Shown: positions 1-10,859, counted from the stretch's first letter. The stretch: DNA of 64,000 bases from an uncultured Planctomycetaceae bacterium (GCA_963813715.1 CAWFAK010000007.1:704001-768000); one strand, 5' to 3'. Notes: generated from the sequence alone by a model not told the origin. A program made the numbers and translations.

Positions 1-365
1 CGCCTCCACCGTGGGTTGCCGTCGACGTTCCGCGACAGTCGAAGCCGGGCCAGACGCGGCGCGTCCACGCGCTCGATCCGGCGGCGGTCGAACGTCAATC
101 GCGCCATGCCCGCGAGGCCCTGTTGAAGCTGACGCCCGAAATCGTCACTGCTGCCGAGGGCTTCGCCGACGAGGTGATTTTCATTCCCGTTAGTGCGATT
201 GGTTGGAAAACGCAGTGGAGCGAATCGTCGAAGCAGCTGTCCATTCGCCCGGCCGATACCGAGCCTCACTGGGCGACGGTCCCCTTCGTGTACGCTCTTT
301 CGCGCACGACTCCCGGACTGGTTCCGCTGATCACCAGGAAGAGCAAGGACCGCCAAACCGGTTGA
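1..365 (+). CDS. C-terminal fragment of a probable TRAFAC-clade (double-GTPase-type) GTPase, 5' truncated by the window edge
   Basis: Frame 3 is open from base 3 (PPPWVAVD...ALLKLTPEIVTAAEGFADEVIFIPVSAIG...WATVPFVYAL). 'FIPVSAIG' resembles a G5-type motif, and the gene lies directly upstream of a GAP1-N2-like gene. Confidence 0.55.
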   Translation, partial: PPPWVAVDVPRQSKPGQTRRVHALDPAAVERQSRHAREALLKLTPEIVTAAEGFADEVIFIPVSAIGWKTQWSESSKQLSIRPADTEPHWATVPFVYALSRTTPGLVPLITRKSKDRQTG

Positions 366-417
366 TTCGACCGTGCCGATCGCGGCAGTGCGAATTCTTT
401 CGCGGGGCCGTAGGACT

Positions 418-3062
418 GTGACACAGGAACTACTCTACACGTCGGCAGCGCAAGGCTTGGACCCAGGGAGCCGCGGTTTTTGCACCGTTGTCCGCACGCG
501 GGGCATGCCGGCGCCGCTGGCACCGCTGCTTGGAGTCGCTGAGCGGTTATCGCCCAGCCTTTGCGCTGACCGACCCGCGTGCTGCCGCAAAACCCGGTCA
601 ACTATTCGCACGTGCGTGTGGCGGCCGGCGGAAAAACTATAGCGTCTTGTCGCGCGTGGCCGATTACGGTCTGGATTACAGTCAGCGGACCAACAAGATC
701 GCCCACCACATCGTGTTGGCAAGCGACGAGCGGCCCGAGGCCGGGCCTGCCTGGTTGCTGGCTCAACCCGGCTTTATGGACGCCCGCTGGGACGGCCAAC
801 CGCGCACGCTGCCAGCCGGACGCCGCGTACCGACCGGAGCCGAGCGGCCCACTGCGTGCCCCACCTGGGCCGCCGTCACGGGCGATGCCGGCTGGGCGGG
901 CGTGCTGGCGGAGAGCTGGCTCACGGGTACGGCTACCTACCTGATATTCGAGCCCGGGACCGACACGCTCGGGCTGATCCGCGAAGCCATCGCACTCTTG
1001 CCGCCACGCAAACGCTGGGAGGCCACTTTCGCGACCTATTACACCGGCATGCCCAGCAGCGCGACCTGCAGTTGCCGATGCGTCCTGACCGACTCGCAAG
1101 AACGCCATTCAGGCGCATCGCCTGCCGAATGTGCTGCGCATCGATTTGACGCAAAAGTTGCCCGCCGACCGAAGTGGCGACCTAGTCAATGTCGCCCGCA
1201 CGGGCCCCCTGAAAAGAACTCCCACCGGCCGTTCGCAGCCGGCGCCTGCTTCGCTGCCTCACACTTCCGAAAGCGAGAGCGTGCCGTTCGCGATCCCCTT
1301 GGCAGGCACGACGCCGAGAACGCGCGAGGGCATATTACTGCAAAATGTGCCTGCGGGGCCGCCTCCTCTCGAGCCACGCATCCGCAAAGTCGAAGACAAG
1401 AAACGCGTCCCCGTTTGGGTTTGGTTGATTGCGTCGCTCTCGGCCGCCGCAGTGGTTTTCGGTTCCATTTTTCTGTACGCCGTGAACCATCCACGGCAAG
1501 CGCCAATCCAAGTGGCAGGCGGTGATGCAACAATCGGCGAGGCCAAAAAACAGGCGCCTCAACCTGTGAACGCCGGCGAGGAAAACAAGAATAAAACGAC
1601 GGAGGAGCGGAAGGATCATAAAGCACCGGCGTCCGCGAAAGCTGTCGCCACGCCACCATCGTCGACGTCAGCGAGGACCAGCGTCGCCGCCAAGGCCGGA
1701 GCGGCCGGTCCCGAAGCTGCCAATCAAGCCTCACCCACGAACTCTACGGTCGCGAAAGACCCAAAATCGGTCGAACCCCTACCCTCCACATCCCAGTCGG
1801 CAAGCGGAAAGCCAAATCCCCAGTCGACGAGCAAACCGCTCACAGTGGCGGGCATTGCTGCAAATGCCGCTCGGCCGGACGACCCAAAGAAGCCTCCTAG
1901 GCCGCCAGCCCGTACGGATCCACGGGAGACTCAAAACCCGGCCCATGGTCTTAACGCTGCCAGCGCTCCCCTAAGGCTGCCAAGCGTCTTACTGTTGCCT
2001 TCAGACCTCAAGCCCAAACAAGAGGCTACGCTGATTGCGGGAGCGGACAGCCCGGGGCAATCACGTCCGTGGTCGCTGTCGCTTTGGCTCCCGAGCGACG
2101 GCAAACAGAGCCTCAAAGTGTCGAAAGGCTCCGATACCTCGGTCGCGCTTTGTCAGGCAGCAACCGGCTCGGACGATCTTGTCAGGTTTCGGTTGAATGA
2201 TCGGACGCGCGAAATCACGATCACAGCTTCGACTCCGAGAGCCGAGGCGATCAAAGCCTTGTACTTTTGTGTTTTGTGCGTCGGCCAGGGTCACGAGCGC
2301 AAGACGTTCCAATTCTTTCGCCCATCTGTTGCGGCACCCGGTTCTCCTGCCCCAGAACACAAGCGACCTTCCTGGACAATCCCGGTCTCTGGACCGATTC
2401 AAGAGATGCCTCCTCTTGCCGTGGAAGTCGCCACGGTTCAGTTAACAAGTAAGACGTCTCAAACGACGTACGCATTTCGTCCCGAGATGGCCCAGGACAA
2501 GAAAGGAGGAGCGCTGCTGGCCTCACTGATGTCGTCAGAACTCAACCAACAACTCCTTGCGGTCACCGGCTCCAAGTCCGAACGAGCAGACATCAACCTT
2601 GCTCTACATGTAAAACAAACTGCGACATCCGTCGATTTCTGGTTCGGCTCAGAGGATATGAAGAGGCTTTTCACAGCAGTCACGAATGTCCAGACCAGTC
2701 GCCTCATCGACATCATGGTCAACTACCGTGACCCGAGCCCCGACCAATTGAAAAAGCAACACGATGAAGCCGCTAGAAACATTAAGAGGCAAAAAGGCAA
2801 TGAACGGCAAAAGGTCAGCGCGGCTCTCAAGAGCTTTCGAGACAAGCTCCAGGAGCCGCTCGATCCGGCGAAGCTAAAGAGCTTTCAACGGATTCTTGGT
2901 GACCTCGATCGCCTGCAGAATGACCTCGAACGAACCGACGGATTGCAAAACGACCTCAACGCCGCAGTGCTTAAAGGCGCGCGGTTGTTCTATCACGTCA
3001 GTGACCAGGACGGCCAAATACAAAGAAACTATGTCGTCAAACTCGAGAGCGATCTAGACTGA
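418..3062 (+). CDS. GAP1-N2/GAP1-M-like protein with TM helix, Pro/Ala-rich linker and C-terminal extracytoplasmic domain (apparent frameshifts near 530, 590, 635 and 1110)
   Basis: GTG at 418 after AGGAC. Joining frames gives TQELLYTSAAQGLDPGSRGFCTVVRTRGM..ESLSGY..NPVNYSH..DYGLDYSQRTNKIAHHIVL (GAP1-N2-like), then EAIALLPPRKRWEATFATYY (GAP1-M-like), then ORF 1131..3062 with TM WVWLIASLSAAAVVFGSIFLYAV. Confidence 0.65.
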
Positions 3063-3091
3063 ACCTAAGCCGACTTTCAAGCTAAGAAACT

Positions 3092-6004
3092 ATGTCCGAT
3101 CTGCGACGCATCGTCGATGAAATCCGTTTCTACCTCGACTCCAACGAGGCGGAGATGACGGAGTCGGTGCGCGAGGCGGCCAGTGATTATGCCGAGGCTT
3201 GTCATCAGGCGAATCAGCGGTTGCGGCGGTGCGGCGAGTTTTTGAATCGCAACCTGCGTTCCGAGGCGATCCAGCTCTCCGAAGCAGAGCCCGACCTGTT
3301 GGAGGCCGTTTCCACCCTCGATTTCGCCGGCCGCGAAAATTGGGACTCGGTCGTCAGTCTCTATAACCTGCCGACCGTCGAGCCGCTGTTGATGGAGGTG
3401 GCTGAGGCACTCAACGAAGCGTATGCGTTGCAGGAGCCGGTGAAGAAGCTCCTCGACAAGCATCGCTTCCTGGCGCTGTCGCGGGCTCCTCTCAAACAGC
3501 GGTTGGCCGTCTTGTGGAAGCTCGTCGAGCAGGACCCGACGATCGGCAGTTGGGAGACGGATGCCAGCGAGATGGAGCGGGTCCGGCTCCGCGAGATCGA
3601 GGCCGAGACCCGCGATGCGGTCAAGCACGTCGACGCCTCCGGCATGAGCGCGATCGCCGAAGAGCTCGAGCACGGGAAGTGGATCGAAGCGATCTCGCAA
3701 CAATTCAAGACGGCCATCGCCCAGTCCGCTCGCGAGATCACGCGGCGGGACGCACGGACGCATGTCGAAATCGTAGCGGCCGCCCTCCAAACGGCCCTGG
3801 CCGAATCCGCCTTGGAACGGGCCCGTCAGCTCAAAACTCAATGGGACGATTTGCAGGAAGCGGCCGATCTCGACGGCTTCGATCCCGTTTCACTTCGTGC
3901 TCAACCGACGCTCCGCTGGGTCGCGGAAGAAGACGCGAAGGAGGCCACGCGTCAAAAGTTGGAGAAGGCCGTCGCCTCGTTCCGGCAGCTACTCGGAGAT
4001 GAGCGCACGCCCCGCGACACGCTCGAGAGCTCGCGCGCGGCCCTGCTCCGCATTGATCCGGCGATCCCCCCGCCGCTCGAGGAACGCTTCCGTGAGCGCG
4101 TGCAGCGGATCGAACGGCGTGACAAATTCCGACGCGTGTCGATCATCGGTGCCAGCGTCGCGTCGGTGCTGGTGCTTGCCGGTCTGAGTGGGCTCTTGGT
4201 TCGGCGGTCGTTGCAGAACGCCGAGACCAGCCGCCTGGCCGACTCGCTGTCACAATCGGTCGCCGAGGGGAAGCTCGTCCAAGCGCGGGATTTCGCGAAC
4301 GAGCACCTCGACCTGGCCGGCGACGCACACTGGGAGAAAGCAGTCAACAACTTGACCGACGCGGAAGGTCAGGAAAAACTTCGCGCGGCCGACTTCTCCG
4401 GCCAGCTCGCCTCCGCCGCCAAAGCTGGGGATTACGCCGAGGCCCGTGCCAAGCTCGACAAAGCGGTGCGCCTCGCCCGGACGGAGGATGAAAAATCGCA
4501 GGCGGAGCGGTTAAGCGGGCAGGTGGAGGAACAGCACCGCAAGGACGTGACGACAAAAACCAGCGAGCTGCAGCAGCGCTTCGACGCGATCACCGCCGAC
4601 CTCCATCGTGCCCAGACCATGCACAATGTCTCCGCGCCCGCGGCGGACATCGCCGCCCTACTCTCACAGATTGGCGAGCGGTTGACCGCGCTTCGTCAGG
4701 CTGCCAGCGGCTTGGAGGGGGATTACGGATCGCGGATTGGCGTGCTCGAAACCGAGTTGAAGTCGATCAAGGATCTGGTTCACGCGGACAGCCAGAAGGT
4801 GGCGGCGCTCGACGCGATCAAACACGCCTCGCTGATTCATGCGGCCGAGGCTGACTCCGGCAAGCAAGTGAGCGACTACATTGCCGCCCTTGCCGCATTC
4901 ACGCAGGCGTTTCCCGACGATCCGCGCACTCCCGACTTTCAAGAGGTGCGGAACGAGGCGGCGCTCTACGCAGGTATCTGCGCCTGGCAGAACATGGCCG
5001 CCCAATGGAAAACGCTCAATCCCGGCGATTTAAACGATGCTCGCAAGCGGGCCGGCGAATGCGCAGAGTTTCTCAAGCAGCATGCCCAGTCGCCGGCGGC
5101 CCCACTCGTGCAACAGTATGCCGCCTTCGCGGAGGCCGTGCAGCGTCGCGAGAGCGACGGCCTGGTCACCAAGCTGCACGACTTGTTCGCCGGCCCGCTG
5201 ATGCACAATGTTCACGTCCTGCGGGACAACGAGAGCAACGCATACTATCTGAAGAACGCGGTCGACCTTTCCGGCAAGCGCTTCGCGAACGTCAAATACT
5301 TGAGCGGTTTCGGCGGCGAGGAAAAAAACAAGACCCTGCCCACCGACACGCTGACGAAAGCCGTCTCTGATCCGGCGCCGCAAAGCCCTCTCTCTGACAA
5401 GGCCCTCATTGAGCTGGCGCAACTCTCGGTCGAAAACTGGGAGCCGAGCATCGGTCATCTGGCGCATCTCGTGCTCGAGACGGACAAGCTCGACCCATTT
5501 CTCCGCTACGCGCTGTTACGGTACGTGCTGGAGTACGGGGCGGCCGGCAGCGATCTCCTCAATCCCGGGCTGCAGCAGCCGCTTGGGGTGTTGCACAACG
5601 GCTTGGACCTTTCGACCCCTTGGATGCTGCCGGATAGCGCGGCCGCAAAAAAAGCCCGCCCCGAAGCCGAGCAGGTGGTGTTCCGCATCATCGACCTCGA
5701 CAAAGCCTGGACCCAGGCCGACCGCCGTCGCGAACAGCTCGCCCAAGCGTTCTTTTGTCCTTGCCTGTTCATCGGCCGGTTGTCCCGCAACGCCGAGGGA
5801 CAATGGGGCTGCGTGACGCGCTGGACGGCAGACGGCAACTACGATCTGGTTGTGGCCGTTCCCGGAGCGAACGGCGAGCCGTCACGCTGGGAGCCGATTG
5901 GGACCGTCAAGGACGGCAAGGTAACGATCGCGCGCCAGGAACGGGCCACCGTGCTCCGCGAGGGGCGACTCATCCTTGCCCGCCCACCGGAGGCCGCCAA
6001 ATGA
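3092..6004 (+). CDS. Large alpha-helical/coiled-coil single-pass membrane protein (hypothetical)
   Basis: 970-aa ORF, Ala/Glu/Leu-rich helical pattern, one TM segment (VSIIGASVASVLVLAGLSGLLV). The stop overlaps the next ATG (ATGA). Confidence 0.85.
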   Translation: MSDLRRIVDEIRFYLDSNEAEMTESVREAASDYAEACHQANQRLRRCGEFLNRNLRSEAIQLSEAEPDLLEAVSTLDFAGRENWDSVVSLYNLPTVEPLLMEVAEALNEAYALQEPVKKLLDKHRFLALSRAPLKQRLAVLWKLVEQDPTIGSWETDASEMERVRLREIEAETRDAVKHVDASGMSAIAEELEHGKWIEAISQQFKTAIAQSAREITRRDARTHVEIVAAALQTALAESALERARQLKTQWDDLQEAADLDGFDPVSLRAQPTLRWVAEEDAKEATRQKLEKAVASFRQLLGDERTPRDTLESSRAALLRIDPAIPPPLEERFRERVQRIERRDKFRRVSIIGASVASVLVLAGLSGLLVRRSLQNAETSRLADSLSQSVAEGKLVQARDFANEHLDLAGDAHWEKAVNNLTDAEGQEKLRAADFSGQLASAAKAGDYAEARAKLDKAVRLARTEDEKSQAERLSGQVEEQHRKDVTTKTSELQQRFDAITADLHRAQTMHNVSAPAADIAALLSQIGERLTALRQAASGLEGDYGSRIGVLETELKSIKDLVHADSQKVAALDAIKHASLIHAAEADSGKQVSDYIAALAAFTQAFPDDPRTPDFQEVRNEAALYAGICAWQNMAAQWKTLNPGDLNDARKRAGECAEFLKQHAQSPAAPLVQQYAAFAEAVQRRESDGLVTKLHDLFAGPLMHNVHVLRDNESNAYYLKNAVDLSGKRFANVKYLSGFGGEEKNKTLPTDTLTKAVSDPAPQSPLSDKALIELAQLSVENWEPSIGHLAHLVLETDKLDPFLRYALLRYVLEYGAAGSDLLNPGLQQPLGVLHNGLDLSTPWMLPDSAAAKKARPEAEQVVFRIIDLDKAWTQADRRREQLAQAFFCPCLFIGRLSRNAEGQWGCVTRWTADGNYDLVVAVPGANGEPSRWEPIGTVKDGKVTIARQERATVLREGRLILARPPEAAK

Positions 6005-6879
6005 CTGCCGATGCCTCCGCCGAGGACACGGGCTTCGAGCCAACCACCTATTTCGTGCGCATCCGCGGGAAAATCCACGGCCCGTTCGACGTGGAAAAAC
6101 TGAAGAAGCTGCACGCGCGGGGCCAGTTCAGCCGGGCCCACGAAGTCTCGCGGGACAAACGCTCGTGGCAGCCGGCCGGAACGCTGCCCGAGCTTTTCGG
6201 CGCGCCCGAGCTGCGCCTGCCCCAAGCGGGAGACAACGTGTTCCTGCCGGAAATCGAAGAGACGGGCGACTCGTATCAACAAACTTCCGCGCCGCCGGGA
6301 ACGGCCAAATGGTACTACAGCGTCGGGGACGAGAGGCACGGCCCGGTTCCGCTCATGGACCTGCGGCAACTCGTCGTCAACGGACAAATGTCGCCGCACG
6401 ACCTCGTCTGGAAAGAGGGACTCGAGGACTGGGTGCCCGTCGCCAATCAACCTGAGTTCCAGGCGCAAATCGGCGGTGGCGGCAACCGCTTTCAGCAATA
6501 TGCTCCGGCGATGCACGGCATGGCGGCCGCCGTGCCCCACCACCTGACTCGGACAAGCGGTCTGGCGGTGGCCAGCGTCACGCTGGGAGTGATCGGACTG
6601 TTTCCGGCAGCCTGCACTTTGTTTGTGCTCATTCCCCAAACGGCGGCGATGGCCATCGCCAGCGTGGTCCTGGGATTCGTCGGGCTCTTTCTCGGAGCCA
6701 GCAATATCTTCGCGATCATTTTTGGAGCGGCCGCGATGAAAGACATCGGCCGCGCACGCGGGTACGTGACCGGTTGGGGCCTGGCTCTCGCGGGCCTGAT
6801 CATGGGTTCGATCGGCGCCCTCGGTTGGATGTTTTGGTTGCTCTTCTGGCTGCACGTGCTGACGTCCCCTTTTGCCTAG
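6001..6879 (+). CDS. Tandem GYF_2 (DUF4339) domain protein with C-terminal DUF4190-like membrane domain
   Basis: Two GYF-like motifs (YFVRIRGKIHGPFDVEKL; WYYSVGDERHGPVPLMDL...LVWKEGLEDW), then TSGLAVASVTLGVIG...GWGLALAGLIMG TM helices. Confidence 0.8.
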   Translation: MTADASAEDTGFEPTTYFVRIRGKIHGPFDVEKLKKLHARGQFSRAHEVSRDKRSWQPAGTLPELFGAPELRLPQAGDNVFLPEIEETGDSYQQTSAPPGTAKWYYSVGDERHGPVPLMDLRQLVVNGQMSPHDLVWKEGLEDWVPVANQPEFQAQIGGGGNRFQQYAPAMHGMAAAVPHHLTRTSGLAVASVTLGVIGLFPAACTLFVLIPQTAAMAIASVVLGFVGLFLGASNIFAIIFGAAAMKDIGRARGYVTGWGLALAGLIMGSIGALGWMFWLLFWLHVLTSPFA

Positions 6880-7003
6880 CGAGACCACCGATTTTGTATT
6901 GGATGCGAACCCTCGTTGCGTGAAAGACGGACCATGAGTCGCTGAGGCAAACGAGCCCACTTGGGCAGCGGCGGCGGGCGATCGATCAAGCCAGGCCAAA
7001 CGA

Positions 7004-8554
7004 ATGACGGATCAATGGTACTACCGGCAGACAGCGGCCGAGTTTGGACCCTATACGGGAGCTCAACTGCGGCAGCTCGCCCAGTCCGGCCGGATCACGG
7101 CGGCGACCCTGGTCCGGCCGGCAAAGAATGGCGACTGGATCCTCGCGTCGCAGGTGAAGAGTCTGTGGGTGGCGGACCGACCGAAAGCCGCGCGTCTCGC
7201 CAACGTGCCGCCGCCGCTACCACCCCGCCCTTCCAGCTCGGCGGCGCGCGCGACGGTTCCGGGCGACGGTCAGCCCGTCGCGCCCGCTCGCCCTCAACGG
7301 AAGAGAACGGCGATCGTGATCGGAACGTGCATCGGCGTTGCCCTCCTCGTGGCCGGCTTGCTCGTCTACCTGGCCGCGGGCCGAGCGAAAAGAGCACTTG
7401 CGGCGACCGCCGGTGCGTCGGATATCGCCGAACCGTCCCCGGTTGCCGTCGCGGAACAGGCGGGGCCGTCGCCCGCCGAGGCGGCTCTCCCGGCAAACAA
7501 CCCCGCCGCAGGGCATGGCGGCGGGTTGTCGACGGAACAGATCGTCGCGAGATGCGAGTCGGGCGTCGCACTGATCAAGGGGCGGGTTTCCAGCGGTACC
7601 GGCTTCCTGATCGCGCCGGACGTCCTGGTGACGAACAAGCATGTGCTTTCACATGAATTGATCGACCTGGTCGAGGTCTATTTCCCGTCCGCGAAGGCGG
7701 CCGAGCAGGGCCCTTTCAAGCCGACGCTGTTGCTGGACGACGAGAAGCAGGACCTCTCGGTGCTGCGGGTGAAAACCAACCTCAACCCCGTGACGCTCGC
7801 GCGAAACTATCAATTTCGACGCGGGCAGGAAATCACCGTGATCGGCAGTCCGGGACTGGGCGGAGGAGCGCTCTTGCAGAACGCTGTCAGCCGAGGGGTG
7901 ATGAGCACGGAAATTACAATCCACGGACTCCCGTATTATCAAGTCGGCATTTCCATCAACCCGGGCAATTCCGGCGGCCCCGCCTTCGATTCGGATGCAC
8001 AGGTCATCGGCGTGGTGACGCTCAAGGCGTCGGACAAAGAGGGCCTGGGCTTCTGTATTCCCGTGGCCGAAGTCCGCCGGTTGCGCGATCGGCTGCAAAC
8101 TGTGACCCAGCACGAGATCGACCTGATGCAGGCGACTCATCGCCTTCGCGTCACCTACCGGTCGATCGCCCTGTTGGGGCAGGCCTACAAGTCCGGAATG
8201 CGGCTCTACGTTTCCGCAATGCAATCCGCGATTGACCAGCAACAGGGACCCGACGCAGGCCTTTCGGCCGTGCAGGACAAGGTGCAGTCCAAGCTGCAGT
8301 CCATCGATCACGTGCTGCTGGGCGTGCTGCGAAACGAGATTCCGCACATCACGAGCGATCCGAACGTTTCCGAACCGATCCGCCAGAAGCTGGCCGACTT
8401 CTGGGCAAACTACCTCGAGATGAAGAGTTACGTCGATAATCCCCGCGGCAGTTACCTCACCTACCAGGCCAAGTGCAACGAACTGTCCGATAGTCACGAC
8501 CGCCTGTCGGAGTCGATCAAGGCGATGCTCGGCCTGGGCGACGAAGAGGATTGA
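7004..8554 (+). CDS. GYF_2-TM-trypsin-like (S1) serine protease with C-terminal helical domain
   Basis: WYYRQTAAEFGPYT (GYF), TM segment, catalytic triad motifs VTNKHV / DLSVL / INPGNSGGP. Confidence 0.85.
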   Translation: MTDQWYYRQTAAEFGPYTGAQLRQLAQSGRITAATLVRPAKNGDWILASQVKSLWVADRPKAARLANVPPPLPPRPSSSAARATVPGDGQPVAPARPQRKRTAIVIGTCIGVALLVAGLLVYLAAGRAKRALAATAGASDIAEPSPVAVAEQAGPSPAEAALPANNPAAGHGGGLSTEQIVARCESGVALIKGRVSSGTGFLIAPDVLVTNKHVLSHELIDLVEVYFPSAKAAEQGPFKPTLLLDDEKQDLSVLRVKTNLNPVTLARNYQFRRGQEITVIGSPGLGGGALLQNAVSRGVMSTEITIHGLPYYQVGISINPGNSGGPAFDSDAQVIGVVTLKASDKEGLGFCIPVAEVRRLRDRLQTVTQHEIDLMQATHRLRVTYRSIALLGQAYKSGMRLYVSAMQSAIDQQQGPDAGLSAVQDKVQSKLQSIDHVLLGVLRNEIPHITSDPNVSEPIRQKLADFWANYLEMKSYVDNPRGSYLTYQAKCNELSDSHDRLSESIKAMLGLGDEED

Positions 8555-8601
8555 GGCGTTCGCGAGCACTTGCCCTCGCTTGTTCCCACCGATTGGCAAC
8601 C

Positions 8602-9450
8602 ATGAAGCTATCCCTTTCCGTACGCGTAGCCGAGGCGCCCTGCAAGACTCGTCTCAACGCTCCCTTCGCGGACGTCGTTGCGCTCGCGGCCGAGTACGGT
8701 TACGGTGCAATATGCATGCGGGCCAGCGCCGGCGGCGTGGGCACTCCGCGTGAGGAACTCGCGCGAATGCGTGACCAGGTCGAGCGCGCCAGTCTCGTCA
8801 TTTCGATGGTGACGGCGGACTCCGACGTACCGCTCAACAACGAGTATGGTCCGGATAGTCTGCGCAACATCGGCCCCAGTTTGGATGTGGCCGAGGCGCT
8901 CGGCTGCGATCTGATCCGTGTCTGCCTCAAGTGCGAGGCGGACGTTGAACCGGCCAAACGAGCCGCCGACCTGGCCGCGGTACGAGGAATTCGGCTGGCC
9001 CACCAGTGCCATACGACGACGCTCTTTGAAGAGGTCGAGCCGTCGATCGCGCTGCTGGAGCAGATCGACCGCCGCAATTTCGGGCTGATTTATGAGCCAA
9101 TCAATCTGTTGATCTGCGGACAGCCCTACGGTTTGAAAACGCTCGAGGCGTTTGCACCCTACCTGATGAACGTCTACTTGCAGAATCATCGACTCGATCC
9201 CAACGGACCGGCCTCACTCGAGACCTGGTGCCTGGGGGTGCGGCGCTTTCATCACATCCCGCTCTGGGAAGCGGGCGGCGTCGATTTTGCCGAAGTCATT
9301 CAAGCGTTGCGGGCGATTGGCTACACCGGCTACGTCACCGTGCACCAGGCCTACGCTGAGCTGATGGGCCCCCGTGAAGCGGCCGCCAAGAGCGCCGAAT
9401 ATCTGCGCGGGCTCGGAGGGTTCAGCCCGCCCGGGAGCGACAACCCCTGA
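8602..9450 (+). CDS. Sugar phosphate isomerase/epimerase family (xylose-isomerase-like TIM barrel)
   Basis: AAEYGYGAICMR, AEALGCDLIRV, GGVDFAEVIQALRAIGYTGYVTVH motifs. Confidence 0.75.
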   Translation: MKLSLSVRVAEAPCKTRLNAPFADVVALAAEYGYGAICMRASAGGVGTPREELARMRDQVERASLVISMVTADSDVPLNNEYGPDSLRNIGPSLDVAEALGCDLIRVCLKCEADVEPAKRAADLAAVRGIRLAHQCHTTTLFEEVEPSIALLEQIDRRNFGLIYEPINLLICGQPYGLKTLEAFAPYLMNVYLQNHRLDPNGPASLETWCLGVRRFHHIPLWEAGGVDFAEVIQALRAIGYTGYVTVHQAYAELMGPREAAAKSAEYLRGLGGFSPPGSDNP

Positions 9451-9455
9451 ATCGG

Positions 9456-10859
9456 TCAGGAGTGCTCGGCTGCGGCTGCAATCGGGCACAGGCTGTTGAG
9501 ATATTCTTCGAGATTTGTGAATCCATCCCCGTCCCGATCGCCATTGCGGTCGCTGGGATCGTCTGGATTGAGTCCGTGGCTGCGTTCCCAGTCGTCGGGC
9601 ATCCCATCGCCATCGCTATCCAGGGCCGCCAGCGTGCTGCGAAGTTGGGGCCATCCGCCCACCTGGTCCTGAGAGTCGATGAGTCGGCCCGTGCGGTCGC
9701 GAACTCCCTTCACCAGCCGCTCGTCGGCGGCGTCGCGATGGAGCGACGCCCCGGCGTGTTGCAGGACGCTTTGAAAGGCTTCCATTGCCGACTGCGTCTT
9801 CGGCAAGGCCCCGTCGACGTCGAACTCGCGATCGACGCGAATTCGGTCAAGCGACATGCGGCGATAACCGCCGTCGGCCCAGCGATCGAAGGTGATCGCC
9901 AGGTAGTTGTTCTCAGTGAAGGCCGCGTTACCCTCAAACGCGTTGCCGCTGAGAAACGCCTTGAGCTGGTCCTCGGTTCCGGTCTTCGTCGCCAACGGAT
10001 GATTGCGTTTGGGCGTGTCGGGGCCGGGAAGATAGCAGTTGTTGATGAAATTGATGTGAGCGTCGCCCAGGTTGGTGGCACCACTCAGGTTGTACACGAC
10101 ATTGTCGCGGTAATCGACGATCATGCCGGGCAGCGTTTTCTCGCCGCTGGCCAGAGTCGGGTGGCGATCGCGGCTGCTGGCGAACAGGTTGTGATGAATC
10201 GAAATGTTGCCGGTGAGGTCGCGGAACGACGACAGCATCGCGTGGGTTCCCTTGGTGTGGAGACTGTGATTGAGGCACTCCGCGTAGATCGACCATTGCA
10301 GCGTGAAGTTACTTCCGCGACGCAAGTCGTGATTGCTGTCGATCCCCCAGGTCGAAGTGATGTGGTCGAAGATGACGTGGTCGACGTCGTTCGTAGTGAT
10401 GGCGTCCGGGTCGCCGTGCGGCTTGTGCTGGTCACCCAGGCGGACGCGCAGGTAACGGACGATAATGTGCGAGGCCTTTCTGATCTCGAACGTCCAATCC
10501 TTCAGACACACGCCATCGCCCGGGGCAGTTTGCCCGGCAATCGTGAGAAAGGATTTGTTTACGACGAGCGGCTTCTTCAATTCGATCGTGCCCGACACGT
10601 CAAAAACGATAGTCCGCGGACCGGAGGCCGAGCGCATGCCGTGACGCAACGATCCGGGCCCGTCGTCGTTCAAGTTCATGACGTGATAAACGTCGCCGCC
10701 GCGCCCGCCGCGTGTGAATCGGCCGAATCCTTCGGCTCCGGGGAAGGCGAGCTGCATGGGTGCGTCCGCATGCGCCGAGCGAAGCCCCGTCAACAGCAGG
10801 GCGAGAACCAGCATCCAAGTGATAAAAGGGGCCCAGCGTTCGCGAACTGTCAGGGGCAC
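9456..10859 (-). CDS. Secreted pectate lyase (PL1-like) with C-terminal Ca-binding DxDxDG repeats
   Basis: Signal-like N-terminus, then AFPGAEGFGRFTRGGRGG..DDGPGSLR..PRTIVFDVSGTIEL..TIAGQTAPGDG; C-terminal DSDGDGMPDDWE..DRDGDGFTNLEEYLN. Start is GTG 10859 or ATG ~10814. Confidence 0.85.
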   Translation of the reverse strand: MPLTVRERWAPFITWMLVLALLLTGLRSAHADAPMQLAFPGAEGFGRFTRGGRGGDVYHVMNLNDDGPGSLRHGMRSASGPRTIVFDVSGTIELKKPLVVNKSFLTIAGQTAPGDGVCLKDWTFEIRKASHIIVRYLRVRLGDQHKPHGDPDAITTNDVDHVIFDHITSTWGIDSNHDLRRGSNFTLQWSIYAECLNHSLHTKGTHAMLSSFRDLTGNISIHHNLFASSRDRHPTLASGEKTLPGMIVDYRDNVVYNLSGATNLGDAHINFINNCYLPGPDTPKRNHPLATKTGTEDQLKAFLSGNAFEGNAAFTENNYLAITFDRWADGGYRRMSLDRIRVDREFDVDGALPKTQSAMEAFQSVLQHAGASLHRDAADERLVKGVRDRTGRLIDSQDQVGGWPQLRSTLAALDSDGDGMPDDWERSHGLNPDDPSDRNGDRDGDGFTNLEEYLNSLCPIAAAAEHS

